Shown here: in pieces, positions 46,113 through 56,394 of the stretch | How positions within the stretch are numbered: position 1 is the stretch's first letter | How the letters are laid out: the number at the start of each line of letters is the position of its first letter | Assembly (NCBI GenBank): GCA_034111325.1 | Contig: JAWUXM010000002.1 | Location: 80,774 to 144,773, forward strand | Reading direction: 5' to 3' | Length of the DNA stretch: 64,000 nt | From: Rickettsiales bacterium | Lineage (GTDB): Bacteria > Pseudomonadota > Alphaproteobacteria > Rickettsiales > JABIRX01 | Program-made: the position numbers and the translations under genes | The notes under the pieces: generated by a model | The model's input: only the letters and a program-made list of their open reading frames with translations | Told to the model about the DNA's origin: nothing | Database searches by the model: none

Positions 46113-48380
46113 CTACTGTAGTGGCTGCGACTGTAAGTTATTTAACAGCTCTAACTCCAACTTGTCTTTTAACTTACGCTCTATTCTTTTCTTCTCCTCC
46201 TCTGCTTTACGTGCCGCCTCAGCCGCTTCGAATGCAGCCCTTCTCTTAGCACGCTCCACAGCTCTTTTCTTAGCTTTTTCTACCTCACGACGCGCTAATT
46301 CTTTATAGTCCAACTCATATTTATAATTCACCAATTGCCCAGTAATGTTAATTGGCACGACAAAATCCTTGATTTTGGGCTCTAATGTAGCTTTGATTTT
46401 TTCAGTAATAAGATCAATCGCCCCAATGGCTGAAATTTGCACACTCCCACTTTGAACTAAAACATTACTATTTGGCAATATTACGCCTTTAGCTATAGAT
46501 AAATTCGCAGCGGCAACATCAAGCTTTAATGCTTTCTCCGACCTGCCGCTTTTTATGGTATCAATTGTTGTTTTTGGGTTGCTCATTATATCTTCTATAT
46601 CAACATTTTCAATTGCACCATCTACAACATTAAGCATTATATTGCCCTTCAAATTTGCAACTACTTCTTTTATTGACTCACCCTTACTATTAAGTTTTGC
46701 ATCACCTTTTAACTTTCCAGAGAATCTTTGAAAAGCTGAGATTTCTTCAATAAACTCGTGTGTTTGTGCATCCTTAAATTGCGTATTATTAGTGATTAAC
46801 AGACCATTCTCTGACTGTTTGGTTATTTGCAACTTATTACTCACCTCTCCCCCTGAAGCCAACTCCACTTGTGAAATATCGGCAATTGCCTGACCATCTA
46901 CTATTTGCATAGCCGCTTTAATTTCTTTTATAGCGAAGCTATTATAAGCAAAATCTTTTCCTTCCAAAACTATTTTTGCATTGACCCTATCTAGAAAGCC
47001 TAAATTAAACTTATTACTCGACCAGTTGAATAACCTTCTCTCCTCTGCAATATTGCTTGTCTCTACAGCATTTTTATTACTTGATGGTTGGCTAGGAATT
47101 TCAGCATGGGCTGGCTCTTCCTCGGAGGATATGTAGTCTTTTACGTTAATATTTGCTGCATAGATCTTGGCGGCAACATCCATTTTTTCTTTTAATGATA
47201 TTATTACTTCGCTTTGAATAATGTCATCAAATGAAGTAATGTTGATGTTTTCAAACTTAATTATATCATCCCTATATTGATAATCAGCTATAATATCTAG
47301 CACTGAGCCGATCTGAATGTTTTTGATAGCACCCCTGCTAAATATAGAATATAGCGCCTGTGTATCGGGAATTTTGATTTGGCTATGCCCAGATAAATCT
47401 TTGTTTTTTAAACCGATAATCAGTGCATTATTAACTGTAATGCTATTTAGGGCTATATCTAATTTATCAACTTTCAGCTGCTCTCTATTTAAAGTAAGTT
47501 TTGTTTTAATATCTAGTGGATTATTTAAATCAAAAACCTCTTGGCTATAAGCAACTCCTAGACCTTGCAATAATTTTTGTATTGAAATCGTACTAGCATT
47601 TAACTCCACATTGAGCGCCTCTTCACCTACTTGTTGAGGAATAGAGATGTTGGACTGTATATAAAGATAGTCTGAACTTAATTCTGTATCAATTTGCACT
47701 GCAAAATCTTCATTATCAGAAACATCACCAACTAATTTAAACTCTTGCTCACCGATACTAAACAAAGATTTAAAGCTTAGCTTACCTTTCAAGCCTTTAT
47801 TTTCTGCATTAAAGTATATTTCTTTTAATATAGCTTCATGCTCTGGAAATTTGATGTTGGCTTTTCCCCTCTCAATAGCAATTTTCCCACCACTAAATTC
47901 GTACTTTTTTACGAAATAATCTTTGTTGTCAATTGCAGAAGGGGCTACCTCTTCGATTACGCCTTCTTCTGCACTAAATTCTTCGCGCTGCGTAAATAGA
48001 AAATTACGATTGCCTTCGGCATCTGTTTCAAAAGTAAATTGTGGCCCTTTCACTTGAAACTTAGTTAAGTATATTTGTTTTTTGAAAAGCGGTAAAAAAG
48101 CTACTTCAGTCTTAATTGCAGGGATTATTCCAAATGTTTCAGATGCAAAGAGACCTTCATTCGGGTTATGTATTATAATGTTGCGAGCAATAAGTTTAAT
48201 CTTTGGGAAAACCCTGAGCTCTAACTTGCTTTTTATTTCAACTTTTCTATCTAGCGCCTTTTCAAGCTTAGCTATGATTTGGGGCTTGTATTTTTCGATT
48301 GATATAAAAAATGGCGCAACAACTAATGCGACCATTACCAAAAACACTATAGTAAAAACAACCAGTATTAGACGCTTCAT
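46113..48380 (-). CDS. AsmA family outer-membrane assembly protein
   Basis: The N-terminal anchor plus VAPFFISIEKYKPQIIAKLEKALDRKVEI is typical of AsmA N-termini. The body is long and predicted beta-rich. The C-terminus is basic and coiled-coil-like. Confidence 0.65.
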   Translation of the reverse strand: MKRLILVVFTIVFLVMVALVVAPFFISIEKYKPQIIAKLEKALDRKVEIKSKLELRVFPKIKLIARNIIIHNPNEGLFASETFGIIPAIKTEVAFLPLFKKQIYLTKFQVKGPQFTFETDAEGNRNFLFTQREEFSAEEGVIEEVAPSAIDNKDYFVKKYEFSGGKIAIERGKANIKFPEHEAILKEIYFNAENKGLKGKLSFKSLFSIGEQEFKLVGDVSDNEDFAVQIDTELSSDYLYIQSNISIPQQVGEEALNVELNASTISIQKLLQGLGVAYSQEVFDLNNPLDIKTKLTLNREQLKVDKLDIALNSITVNNALIIGLKNKDLSGHSQIKIPDTQALYSIFSRGAIKNIQIGSVLDIIADYQYRDDIIKFENINITSFDDIIQSEVIISLKEKMDVAAKIYAANINVKDYISSEEEPAHAEIPSQPSSNKNAVETSNIAEERRLFNWSSNKFNLGFLDRVNAKIVLEGKDFAYNSFAIKEIKAAMQIVDGQAIADISQVELASGGEVSNKLQITKQSENGLLITNNTQFKDAQTHEFIEEISAFQRFSGKLKGDAKLNSKGESIKEVVANLKGNIMLNVVDGAIENVDIEDIMSNPKTTIDTIKSGRSEKALKLDVAAANLSIAKGVILPNSNVLVQSGSVQISAIGAIDLITEKIKATLEPKIKDFVVPINITGQLVNYKYELDYKELARREVEKAKKRAVERAKRRAAFEAAEAARKAEEEKKRIERKLKDKLELELLNNLQSQPLQ

Positions 48381-48467
48381 GACTCCTTTATAAAACCTTT
48401 GACTAATGCATTATTTATATGCTTTACTGAGCATCTCTTAAATTAATGTTAAATGCAAAAGGTAAAT

Positions 48468-49064
48468 ATGTCCATAACTCTTCCTAATCTTCCATATGAT
48501 AAAAATGCGTTGGAACCGCATATATCCGCACAAACTCTTGATTACCACTACGGGAAACATCACAATGCATATGTTGTTAATGGTAACAAATTAATTGAAG
48601 GCACTGAATATGAAAATATGCCTTTGGAAGAAATTATCAAAGCAACTGCTAATGATGCTGCCAAAGCCGGGATTTTTAATAATACTGCGCAAGTATGGAA
48701 TCACACATTTTATTGGAATTCAATGAAGCCAAATGGTGGCGGTAAACCAACTGGTGCTTTATTAGCAAAAATTGAAGAAGATTTTGGCTCTTATGAAGCT
48801 TTTGCTGAAGCCTTTGCAGCAGCTGGGGCAACCCAATTCGGTAGTGGATGGGCATGGTTAGTTTTAGATAATGGTACGTTGAAAGTTACAAAAACAGCAA
48901 ATGCAGCAACACCAATTACTGAAGGCACAAAGCCTTTAATTACTATGGATGTTTGGGAGCATGCTTATTATCTAGATTATCAAAATCTACGCCCTAAATA
49001 CATCGAAACTTTTTTAAATAGTTTAGTTAATTGGGATTTTGCTGAAGAAAATTTCAACGGTTAA
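48468..49064 (+). CDS. sodB: Iron superoxide dismutase
   Basis: LPYDKNALEPHIS, HHNAYV, AQVWNHTFYW (Fe-type signature) and DVWEHAYYLDYQN. The start is at MSITLP; the track starts 15 nt earlier. Confidence 0.9.
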   Translation: MSITLPNLPYDKNALEPHISAQTLDYHYGKHHNAYVVNGNKLIEGTEYENMPLEEIIKATANDAAKAGIFNNTAQVWNHTFYWNSMKPNGGGKPTGALLAKIEEDFGSYEAFAEAFAAAGATQFGSGWAWLVLDNGTLKVTKTANAATPITEGTKPLITMDVWEHAYYLDYQNLRPKYIETFLNSLVNWDFAEENFNG

Positions 49065-49860
49065 TTTTAACAATGAATTTCTGCAGCTCTTCTATGAGCT
49101 GCAGATCATTAAAATCTGAATGTCCTTTTTCATTAAACACTATCATATCTTTTGGATAGTTAGCAGCTTTAAAAATCTTTTTACCATTTTCTATAGGAAC
49201 TAATCTATCTTTTACACCGTGAAAAATTAACAATGGTGTGTGGATATTTGGGATTTTAGCTAACGTATTATATTTCTCTTTTACCAAGAATCGTGCCGGG
49301 ATATACCAATATTTCTGCTGTGCAATATCAGGCAATGATGTAAAAGGCGCTTCTAATATTAAAGCTTTAAATTGATCTTTTACTGCTAGCTCTGTGGCAA
49401 CCGCACTTCCTAAAGACTCACCGTATAAAATAATATCTTCTGTTTGTACTCCCTGCTCTTGCAAAAATCTAACTGCAGCTTGCGCATCAATATAAAGACC
49501 TTCTTCACTTGGGTTGCCGCTACTTCTACCATAGCCTCTATAGCTAAGAGCCAATAATCCGTAACCACTTTCTTGGGTGAATTTTATATATTTCTGGGAG
49601 CGCCAAGCAATATTACCAGCATTTCCATGAAAGTAGATAATTGTTGGAGAATTAAATTTACTTGGTTTTTTGTACCAAAGAACAAGATTCTCTAAATCGT
49701 GAGTTTTTAAACGCACTTCATAAAAACCATGCTCAGCGATGTTATATTCATTAATCGCTTTTAAATTTTTATCTGTTGAATAGAGAAGCCTGTCTTGCAA
49801 CAAAAACATAAATAGGCAGAACAACCCATAAACAAACAGCGCTTTTATAATATTTCTCAT
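49054..49860 (-). CDS. Alpha/beta hydrolase (serine hydrolase) with N-terminal anchor
   Basis: Nucleophile elbow GESLGS, FHGNAGN, and a C-terminal GHSDF. Confidence 0.7.
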   Translation of the reverse strand: MRNIIKALFVYGLFCLFMFLLQDRLLYSTDKNLKAINEYNIAEHGFYEVRLKTHDLENLVLWYKKPSKFNSPTIIYFHGNAGNIAWRSQKYIKFTQESGYGLLALSYRGYGRSSGNPSEEGLYIDAQAAVRFLQEQGVQTEDIILYGESLGSAVATELAVKDQFKALILEAPFTSLPDIAQQKYWYIPARFLVKEKYNTLAKIPNIHTPLLIFHGVKDRLVPIENGKKIFKAANYPKDMIVFNEKGHSDFNDLQLIEELQKFIVKINR

Positions 49861-50735
49861 TTATCTTCTCTGCTTACCTTTTCACGCGCAACTAAACGAT
49901 GTCCTCGTCTTTTTTCTATGTGATAGTTAAATTCTGCTCCATAGATAAAAATCATCGCAATGATATAGAAGAACAACAAACTAATAATTACACCTCCTAA
50001 ACTCCCATAGATAACATTTACTTGTTTAAAGCGGCTCAGATATACAGAAAACAACTCACTTGTACCAAGCCATAATAACACTGTAAAAAAAGCTCCAGGG
50101 AAAACATTGTAACATTTTTGCCGCACGTTAGGAATAACATAATAAAGAAACGATGCAGAAAGAAAGAGCAAAGTCGTACTAAATATATAACTAATATTTG
50201 ACCAGCTCGATGGAAGATACTTAAAATCAAGATGAGTAATTTCAATTACTTTATTCATGATCACAGGAGCAACAACAAGTATTAACAAACCAGCTATTAC
50301 AATAAATGTCATAATTAAAAATTGACCAATACTAAGCAAGCGACGCCATATATAGGCAGGTGGAGTAGGCACGCGGTAAGCACGGTTTAGAATTGTACGC
50401 AAACCTTCAACAGCAGAAGAGGCTGTCCAAATTGCGCCGAGAATCGCCAAAGTTAACAAGCCTTGCGGTGGGCCAGAGATTATTTCTTCAATACGCGGCA
50501 ATAGTGCTTTTCCTACATGCTCAGGCAAACTGTCTAGAAACAGCGTAACAAATTTTGTTCCGATCTCTGTTTCGCCGACCATTCCTAAAATCGCCACAAA
50601 AAACACCAAAAAAGGAAAGAGTGATAATAGCGAGAGGAAGGAGAGATAGCCAGCATGCTCAACACCATCATGCTTTATCATGTCTGACAAAGCATCTATA
50701 GAGCTTTTATAAAAATCTTTAGCATGGTTCTTCAT
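49857..50735 (-). CDS. YihY/BrkB family membrane protein
   Basis: AGYLSFLSLLSLFPFLVF and six TM segments are characteristic of the YihY family. Confidence 0.75.
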   Translation of the reverse strand: MKNHAKDFYKSSIDALSDMIKHDGVEHAGYLSFLSLLSLFPFLVFFVAILGMVGETEIGTKFVTLFLDSLPEHVGKALLPRIEEIISGPPQGLLTLAILGAIWTASSAVEGLRTILNRAYRVPTPPAYIWRRLLSIGQFLIMTFIVIAGLLILVVAPVIMNKVIEITHLDFKYLPSSWSNISYIFSTTLLFLSASFLYYVIPNVRQKCYNVFPGAFFTVLLWLGTSELFSVYLSRFKQVNVIYGSLGGVIISLLFFYIIAMIFIYGAEFNYHIEKRRGHRLVAREKVSREDK

Positions 50736-50756
50736 CTCCTTTATGATTTTAGTGAT

Positions 50757-53099
50757 TTATGAACGTAATTTGGCGTTAAATTTACTCTCTATATTTTGTA
50801 TTATTTTATTACTTAAAGCATCTATTTCTTCAGAAGTAAGCGTTTTCTCCTGCGGTTGAATTTTAACATTTAAAGCTATGGATTTCTCCCCTGACTTTAT
50901 CCCCTGACCTTTATAAACGTCAAAAATTCGCACATCCTCTATTAAACCTTTAGCACTACGATAAATATTATCACTAATATTTGCTGCCTCTATTTCATCA
51001 CTTAATATAAAAGCAAAATCTCGACTTACCGCTTGCAAATCATTTAATATAAATGGCTGTGTTGTTTTTATCATAGGAATATTATCTGGAAAAATTTCAA
51101 ATGCATTTATGCGTTGATCAAACCCTAGATTTTTTAATATTTGTGGATGAATTTCACCGAAATAACCAATAATATTTTTACCAAACTTAATTGTAGCAGA
51201 GCGAGTAGGGTGGAAATAATCAGGAAAGCCTTCCTTGCTAAAAGACAGTTTTTTTACATCAACTCCACTAAGTGCGATTGCCTTTATCGAATCATCCTTT
51301 ACATCAAAAACATCAAAATCACGGCTATCATTATTGACCGATTTTTCACAAGAAACCCCGCAACGAATTCCCGCCAAACTGCTGATTTGATCTTCTGGCT
51401 TTGTGCCATGGAATATGCTGCCTAATTCAAAAATTGTTGTTTTGGTAAAGTTCCGATCATCATTTTTAATAGCTTTGTCAACTAGGTTAGGCAAAAGAGA
51501 AGCACGCATAACATCTAGATCTTCACTAATCGGGTTAAGAAGTCCTATGCTGTTTAAAGCAAAAAGCTTGGCTTTCTTGCTGGAAATAAAGGACCAGCTA
51601 ATAACTTCATCCAACCCGCAAGCGGCCATGTTTTTACGTAGATTTTTATGAGCCGCATGATGTGAAGGAAGCGTGTTTAATTGTTCGCTTGCAAAGCTCT
51701 GCGGGATAATTTTATCTAAACCATAAAGGCGCAAAACTTCTTCGATCAAATCTACCTCAATGGTAAGATCCGAGCGCCAGCTAGGAACCCTAACTTTTCC
51801 TGACTCTATACTGCAACCTAATTTCTTTAGAATTTCTTCTACTTTCTTTTGCGGAACGTCTACTCCGGTAATTTTAGCAATTTGGGCAAAATCAAATTTA
51901 ATTTCTCTTATTTGCGCCGTGCTTTTATCGGCAATTGTTTTTTTACTTAACTCACCACCGCAAATCTCATGAATTAGGCTTGCCGCATAATCCAAAGCCT
52001 GCTCAACAAAAGCCACATCAACATTCCTCTCAAAGCGATATCTTGCATCACTTTCTATGTTAATTTTACGCCCTGTAAGGGTAATATTTTCAGAGGCAAA
52101 AAATGCGGCTTCAACAAGGATATTTTGGCTTTTATCATTAATTGCGGAATCTTTCCCGCCAATAATTCCCGCTAGAGATAAAATCTTCTCTTTATCGCTA
52201 ACGACTATCATTTCTTTGCCAAGCGTATAATTTTCATCAAGCAATGATTTAAACTTTTCACCTTCTTTTGCATGGCGAACTTCTATATCACCAGCGATTT
52301 CATCAGCATCATATGCATGAATTGGCTGACCAAAATTATAGGCAATATAGTTTGTTACATCAATTATGGCATTTCTGCTCTCGATGCCAATCGCCGCTAA
52401 GCGTACTTTTAGCCATTCAGGGCTTGGTTTGTTTTGCAGGTTTTTAATATAGCGAGTGGTGAATTTACAATTAGCAATAGTTACAGTGCTTTTAACTGGA
52501 TTATCAAACCTATCTTTAATTTTAGGAGCGGCGAGTGGTTTTAACTTGCCTGCACCAGCTGCGGCTAGGTCTCGCGCTATGCCATATACACCTAAGCAAT
52601 CCCCACGATTTGGCGTGATTGCGATTTCAATTATTGCATCTAACCCTAATATTTTAGCAATATCTGACTGCATGTTTGTGTTTTCAGGCAAGTCAATTAT
52701 CCCCTCAGAATCTTGTCCTAAACCAAGCTCTGCCTTTGAACAAAGCATACCGCTTGATTCAACGCCGCGAATTTTGGCTTTTTTAACTTCCATCCCATTA
52801 GCTGGAACAATTCCACCAATTGGCGCTAAAATTGTTTTTAGCCCCTTACGAACATTTGGGGCGCCACAAACTATTTGTAGCTTTTGCCCATCTGCTTCTA
52901 CTTCGCAAATATTGAGGCGGTCTGCATCTGGATGTTTTTTGAAATTTGTAATTTGTGCTATTTGGAAATTTTTCAAACTTGCAGCTTGATCAATGACTGA
53001 TTCAACCTCTAAACCAATGGAGGTTAGAATCTCGCAAATTTCATCAACGGAAAGATTGGTATCTAGATATTCCTGTAGCCAATTAAAGGTGAATTTCAT
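50757..53099 (-). CDS. pheT: Phenylalanine--tRNA ligase beta subunit
   Basis: MKFTFNWLQEYL, a tRNA-binding domain (KHPDADRLNICEV), B3/4 and B5 regions, and a C-terminal FDX-ACB domain. Confidence 0.95.
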   Translation of the reverse strand: MKFTFNWLQEYLDTNLSVDEICEILTSIGLEVESVIDQAASLKNFQIAQITNFKKHPDADRLNICEVEADGQKLQIVCGAPNVRKGLKTILAPIGGIVPANGMEVKKAKIRGVESSGMLCSKAELGLGQDSEGIIDLPENTNMQSDIAKILGLDAIIEIAITPNRGDCLGVYGIARDLAAAGAGKLKPLAAPKIKDRFDNPVKSTVTIANCKFTTRYIKNLQNKPSPEWLKVRLAAIGIESRNAIIDVTNYIAYNFGQPIHAYDADEIAGDIEVRHAKEGEKFKSLLDENYTLGKEMIVVSDKEKILSLAGIIGGKDSAINDKSQNILVEAAFFASENITLTGRKINIESDARYRFERNVDVAFVEQALDYAASLIHEICGGELSKKTIADKSTAQIREIKFDFAQIAKITGVDVPQKKVEEILKKLGCSIESGKVRVPSWRSDLTIEVDLIEEVLRLYGLDKIIPQSFASEQLNTLPSHHAAHKNLRKNMAACGLDEVISWSFISSKKAKLFALNSIGLLNPISEDLDVMRASLLPNLVDKAIKNDDRNFTKTTIFELGSIFHGTKPEDQISSLAGIRCGVSCEKSVNNDSRDFDVFDVKDDSIKAIALSGVDVKKLSFSKEGFPDYFHPTRSATIKFGKNIIGYFGEIHPQILKNLGFDQRINAFEIFPDNIPMIKTTQPFILNDLQAVSRDFAFILSDEIEAANISDNIYRSAKGLIEDVRIFDVYKGQGIKSGEKSIALNVKIQPQEKTLTSEEIDALSNKIIQNIESKFNAKLRS

Positions 53100-53155
53100 A
53101 TTGTAATTATGGTGCTTTCATTTATTTTCTGAACTGCGCAGAACTATAAATTTGT

Positions 53156-54388
53156 ATGACCGAAAAGACAATTATAAAAAGACACAAAACCCACGCTGTA
53201 AAAGTTGGTAATGTTACGATTGGTGGCGATTCTCCTGTTATTGTCCAATCAATGACCAATACTGACACAGTCGATAGCGCCAAAACCGCCGCACAAATAA
53301 TTGAGCTCTTTCAAGCAGGCTCAGAAATTGTCCGCATTACCGTCAATAATGAAGAGTCCGCCAAAGCTGTTCCCATAATTCGCAATATCCTAATTCAAAA
53401 CGGTTTTCCTAATATCCCTTTGGTTGGGGATTTTCATTATAACGGTCACCAGCTTTTGCAAGATTTTCCTGAATGTGCGAAAGCACTTGATAAATATCGT
53501 ATAAACCCTGGCAATGTTGGCTTCGGCAATAAAAAAGATGCCCAGTTTGAAATGATGATCAAACAAGCAATAAAATATGATAAACCTGTACGGATTGGTG
53601 TTAATTGGGGCAGTTTGGATCAAGCATTATCAGCAGAATTGATGGATAAAAACGCCAAGTCAAAATCACCAAAATCTTCCGAGGAGATTCTTCAAGAAGC
53701 GTTAATCCTCTCTAGTTTGAACAGTGCTAAAATGGCCGAGAGCCTTGGCCTGGCAAAAGATAAAATCATCATTTCTTGTAAAGTTAGTAAAGTTCAATCA
53801 TTGATTTTTATCTATCGCGAATTAGCAAAAAGATGCAGCTATCCCCTCCACCTTGGGCTAACCGAAGCAGGAATTGGCTCAAAGGGAATTGTTGCAACTA
53901 CCGCCGCTTTATCAACCCTTTTACAAGAAGGAATTGGCGATACAATTCGTGCATCGCTAACTCCAGAAGTCGGGCAATCACGTGATGTCGAAGTTATTGT
54001 CTGTCAGGAGATCTTACAAACCTTGGGGATTCGGGCATTTTCGCCATTAGTTACCGCATGTCCCGGCTGTGGACGCACGACTAGCTCATATTTTCAAAAG
54101 CTAGCTGGCGACATTCAACGTTTTATTCGCAAGAAAATCCCCGAATGGAAAGAAAAATACCCTGGTGTTGAAAATATGGATGTTGCGGTTATGGGCTGTA
54201 TAGTTAATGGCCCTGGGGAAAGTAAACATGCAAATATAGGTATTAGCTTACCAGGAACTGGGGAATCACCAGCTGCGCCAGTTTTTATGGACGGAAAGAA
54301 AACACAAACTTTGCGCGGCGACAATATAGCAGCTGAGTTTCAAAAACTACTGGAAAATTACGTTATATCAAAATATTCTAAAAAGTAA
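53156..54388 (+). CDS. ispG: 4-hydroxy-3-methylbut-2-en-1-yl diphosphate synthase
   Basis: [23 protein letters not shown] and GCIVNGPGE. Confidence 0.95.
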   Translation: MTEKTIIKRHKTHAVKVGNVTIGGDSPVIVQSMTNTDTVDSAKTAAQIIELFQAGSEIVRITVNNEESAKAVPIIRNILIQNGFPNIPLVGDFHYNGHQLLQDFPECAKALDKYRINPGNVGFGNKKDAQFEMMIKQAIKYDKPVRIGVNWGSLDQALSAELMDKNAKSKSPKSSEEILQEALILSSLNSAKMAESLGLAKDKIIISCKVSKVQSLIFIYRELAKRCSYPLHLGLTEAGIGSKGIVATTAALSTLLQEGIGDTIRASLTPEVGQSRDVEVIVCQEILQTLGIRAFSPLVTACPGCGRTTSSYFQKLAGDIQRFIRKKIPEWKEKYPGVENMDVAVMGCIVNGPGESKHANIGISLPGTGESPAAPVFMDGKKTQTLRGDNIAAEFQKLLENYVISKYSKK

Positions 54389-54393
54389 AAACC

Positions 54394-54720
54394 ATGCATA
54401 AAATCATCATCCTTAGCTTGTTGTTCATAACCTCTTGTTCTTCTGCACCAAAAATCCTCCCTAACACTCAAACTGATTATCGTCTGACTTGTAAGCAGAT
54501 CAAAACAGAAGTTGCCTCTTTGCAAGAATATAGAAAAAAATTAGAAGAAAGTGATCGCTTCTCTATGAAAAACATGTTGATTGTTCCTGCAATTAAAATT
54601 GCCTTTACCAAGGACAAAAATCAAAAAAAGATTGATGCAAGGGTAAACCACTTACGTAAGGCCTATGTCTATAATGGCTGTTCTCAACGCTCAGGTCAAA
54701 ACCCAAATTATTATCAGTAA
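54394..54720 (+). CDS. Hypothetical lipoprotein
   Basis: Signal plus lipobox FITSCSS. No other motif recognised. Confidence 0.5.
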   Translation: MHKIIILSLLFITSCSSAPKILPNTQTDYRLTCKQIKTEVASLQEYRKKLEESDRFSMKNMLIVPAIKIAFTKDKNQKKIDARVNHLRKAYVYNGCSQRSGQNPNYYQ

Positions 54721-54872
54721 CTTCTAAATCTGGTCTTTTTGCACCCTTTTTAGTAAAAAAGCTTAGATTTTAGAGAGGAAAAGATACATAAGTAAGGAAC
54801 AGAAAAAGAATTAAGAGATCTCATTAAAAAGTCCTTTATCTATAAAGTAAGTTAATAATATTCGGTATAAAC

Positions 54873-55985
54873 ATGCGAAATTTAAAAATAACATCATCCC
54901 TATTATTAGGGGAAATCTATAAAATTAAATTATACGTCCATTGGACTTTCCTGCTTTTAATTGGCTGGGTTCTGTTTATAAAATTTGACGATGGTTTTAA
55001 TTTAGAGCAAGCAATTCTCAGGGTGGTTTTTATTGTCGCGTTATTTAGCTGTGTGATTGCGCATGAATTAGGCCACGCCTTGACTGCTAGGAAGTTTGGT
55101 TTTCAAACTAAAAATATTATTTTATTGCCTATTGGGGGAGTTGCGCAAATTGAGAAAATGCCTGAAGAGCCTTGGCAGGAATTAATCGTGGCGATTGCCG
55201 GCCCTTTAGTGAGTTTTGCTATTGCCATATTGCTTTATACCATTGTAAATATTACTGGTGAATTTCCCTCTCCTATCCAAATGGAGAATATAAGTATGGA
55301 TAATTTTATCGGTAATCATTTCCTTCTTTATCTGTCTTTGATTAATTTTATGTTAGCAATTTTTAACCTTATCCCAGCGTTCCCAATGGATGGAGGGCGC
55401 ATCTTGCGTGCTTTATTGTCCATGGGTTTAGGGCGTTTAAAAGCTACTGAGGTTTCGTCTGTAATTGGTCAATTTTTATCAATTATATTTATCATCTTTG
55501 CGATCCAGAGTCATAACCCTTGGTTAGCTATTATAGGAGCCTTTATATTTCTAGCCGCTAAAGGTGAAGCAGTGCATGAGGATGTTAAATCCTTATTATC
55601 TAAATATAGAGTGCGGGATTTAACTATGAGTAAATACACTACCCTGAATTCTGATGATAGCGTAGATAAGGCAGTTGCTATAATACTAAATGGTCAGGAA
55701 AGGGACTTCATTGTGGCTAAGGGGCAAGAGACAGTCGGGATTTTAACTAGGGACGATATTATCAAAGCTTTATCACAGAAAAATAACTCACCTTTGGTTC
55801 ATCAAGTGATGAATAAGAATTTTCTAAAGTTAGATCCAAATATGAATCTTGCCGAAGCTTATGAGCAAATGTTGGTTAAGCGTTTTGCTGTAGCGGCAAT
55901 TGTTGAAGATGGTAAGTTAATTGGCATATTAGATACTGAGAATATTCAAGAAAGCCTGTTGTTTCAAAAGGCTCTAAAGAAATAG
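54873..55985 (+). CDS. Site-2 protease family (M50) metalloprotease with C-terminal CBS pair
   Basis: HELGHAL zinc motif, NLIPAFPMDGGRIL, and CBS-like C-terminal repeats. Confidence 0.8.
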   Translation: MRNLKITSSLLLGEIYKIKLYVHWTFLLLIGWVLFIKFDDGFNLEQAILRVVFIVALFSCVIAHELGHALTARKFGFQTKNIILLPIGGVAQIEKMPEEPWQELIVAIAGPLVSFAIAILLYTIVNITGEFPSPIQMENISMDNFIGNHFLLYLSLINFMLAIFNLIPAFPMDGGRILRALLSMGLGRLKATEVSSVIGQFLSIIFIIFAIQSHNPWLAIIGAFIFLAAKGEAVHEDVKSLLSKYRVRDLTMSKYTTLNSDDSVDKAVAIILNGQERDFIVAKGQETVGILTRDDIIKALSQKNNSPLVHQVMNKNFLKLDPNMNLAEAYEQMLVKRFAVAAIVEDGKLIGILDTENIQESLLFQKALKK

Positions 55986-55993
55986 CTAGGTTT

Positions 55994-56362
55994 TTAGGAA
56001 GTCTTTTTAATGTGACTTTGCTCTCTAAAATAAAAATAAATTAACACACTAACAATAGCCGCGAAGAAGCACCAGATAGAAATATAAACTTCAGTATATA
56101 TAAAATATGCTACGCAGAACATTAATAGGTTAGCAACGCCGATTTGATGTATGAATGGCTTGCTTGATAGGAAGAATGGCAGAGCTATGGTCGCTAGATA
56201 AACCCATCTAACATAACCAATATTCTCTAAGGGAGAGCTATAGCCAATGCAGTGATCAATAATTTCTGCACTAAAGCCGCCTACGAACATAGTCTTTATT
56301 GTGAAAAACACTACTATGAGCCCAGTGCAAAATGTTGCCATTATTAGGCGCAGCCAAAGCAT
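55994..56362 (-). CDS. Hypothetical integral membrane protein
   Basis: Four hydrophobic segments, located downstream of secD. Too short and unlike SecF. Confidence 0.4.
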   Translation of the reverse strand: MLWLRLIMATFCTGLIVVFFTIKTMFVGGFSAEIIDHCIGYSSPLENIGYVRWVYLATIALPFFLSSKPFIHQIGVANLLMFCVAYFIYTEVYISIWCFFAAIVSVLIYFYFREQSHIKKTS

Positions 56363-56394
56363 AGATGATTTGTTATAGGCCTAAAAAACAGATT

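Noticed and set aside
52456-52989. 177-aa plus-strand ORF, and many similar ORFs nested antisense in conserved genes (e.g. 8050-8439, 4942-5313, 6160-6537, 32765-33220)
   Set aside because: They lie fully inside well-supported genes on the opposite strand (pheT, the gltB-like gene, the DASS permease, rsmG). They have no motifs and show antisense-typical composition.
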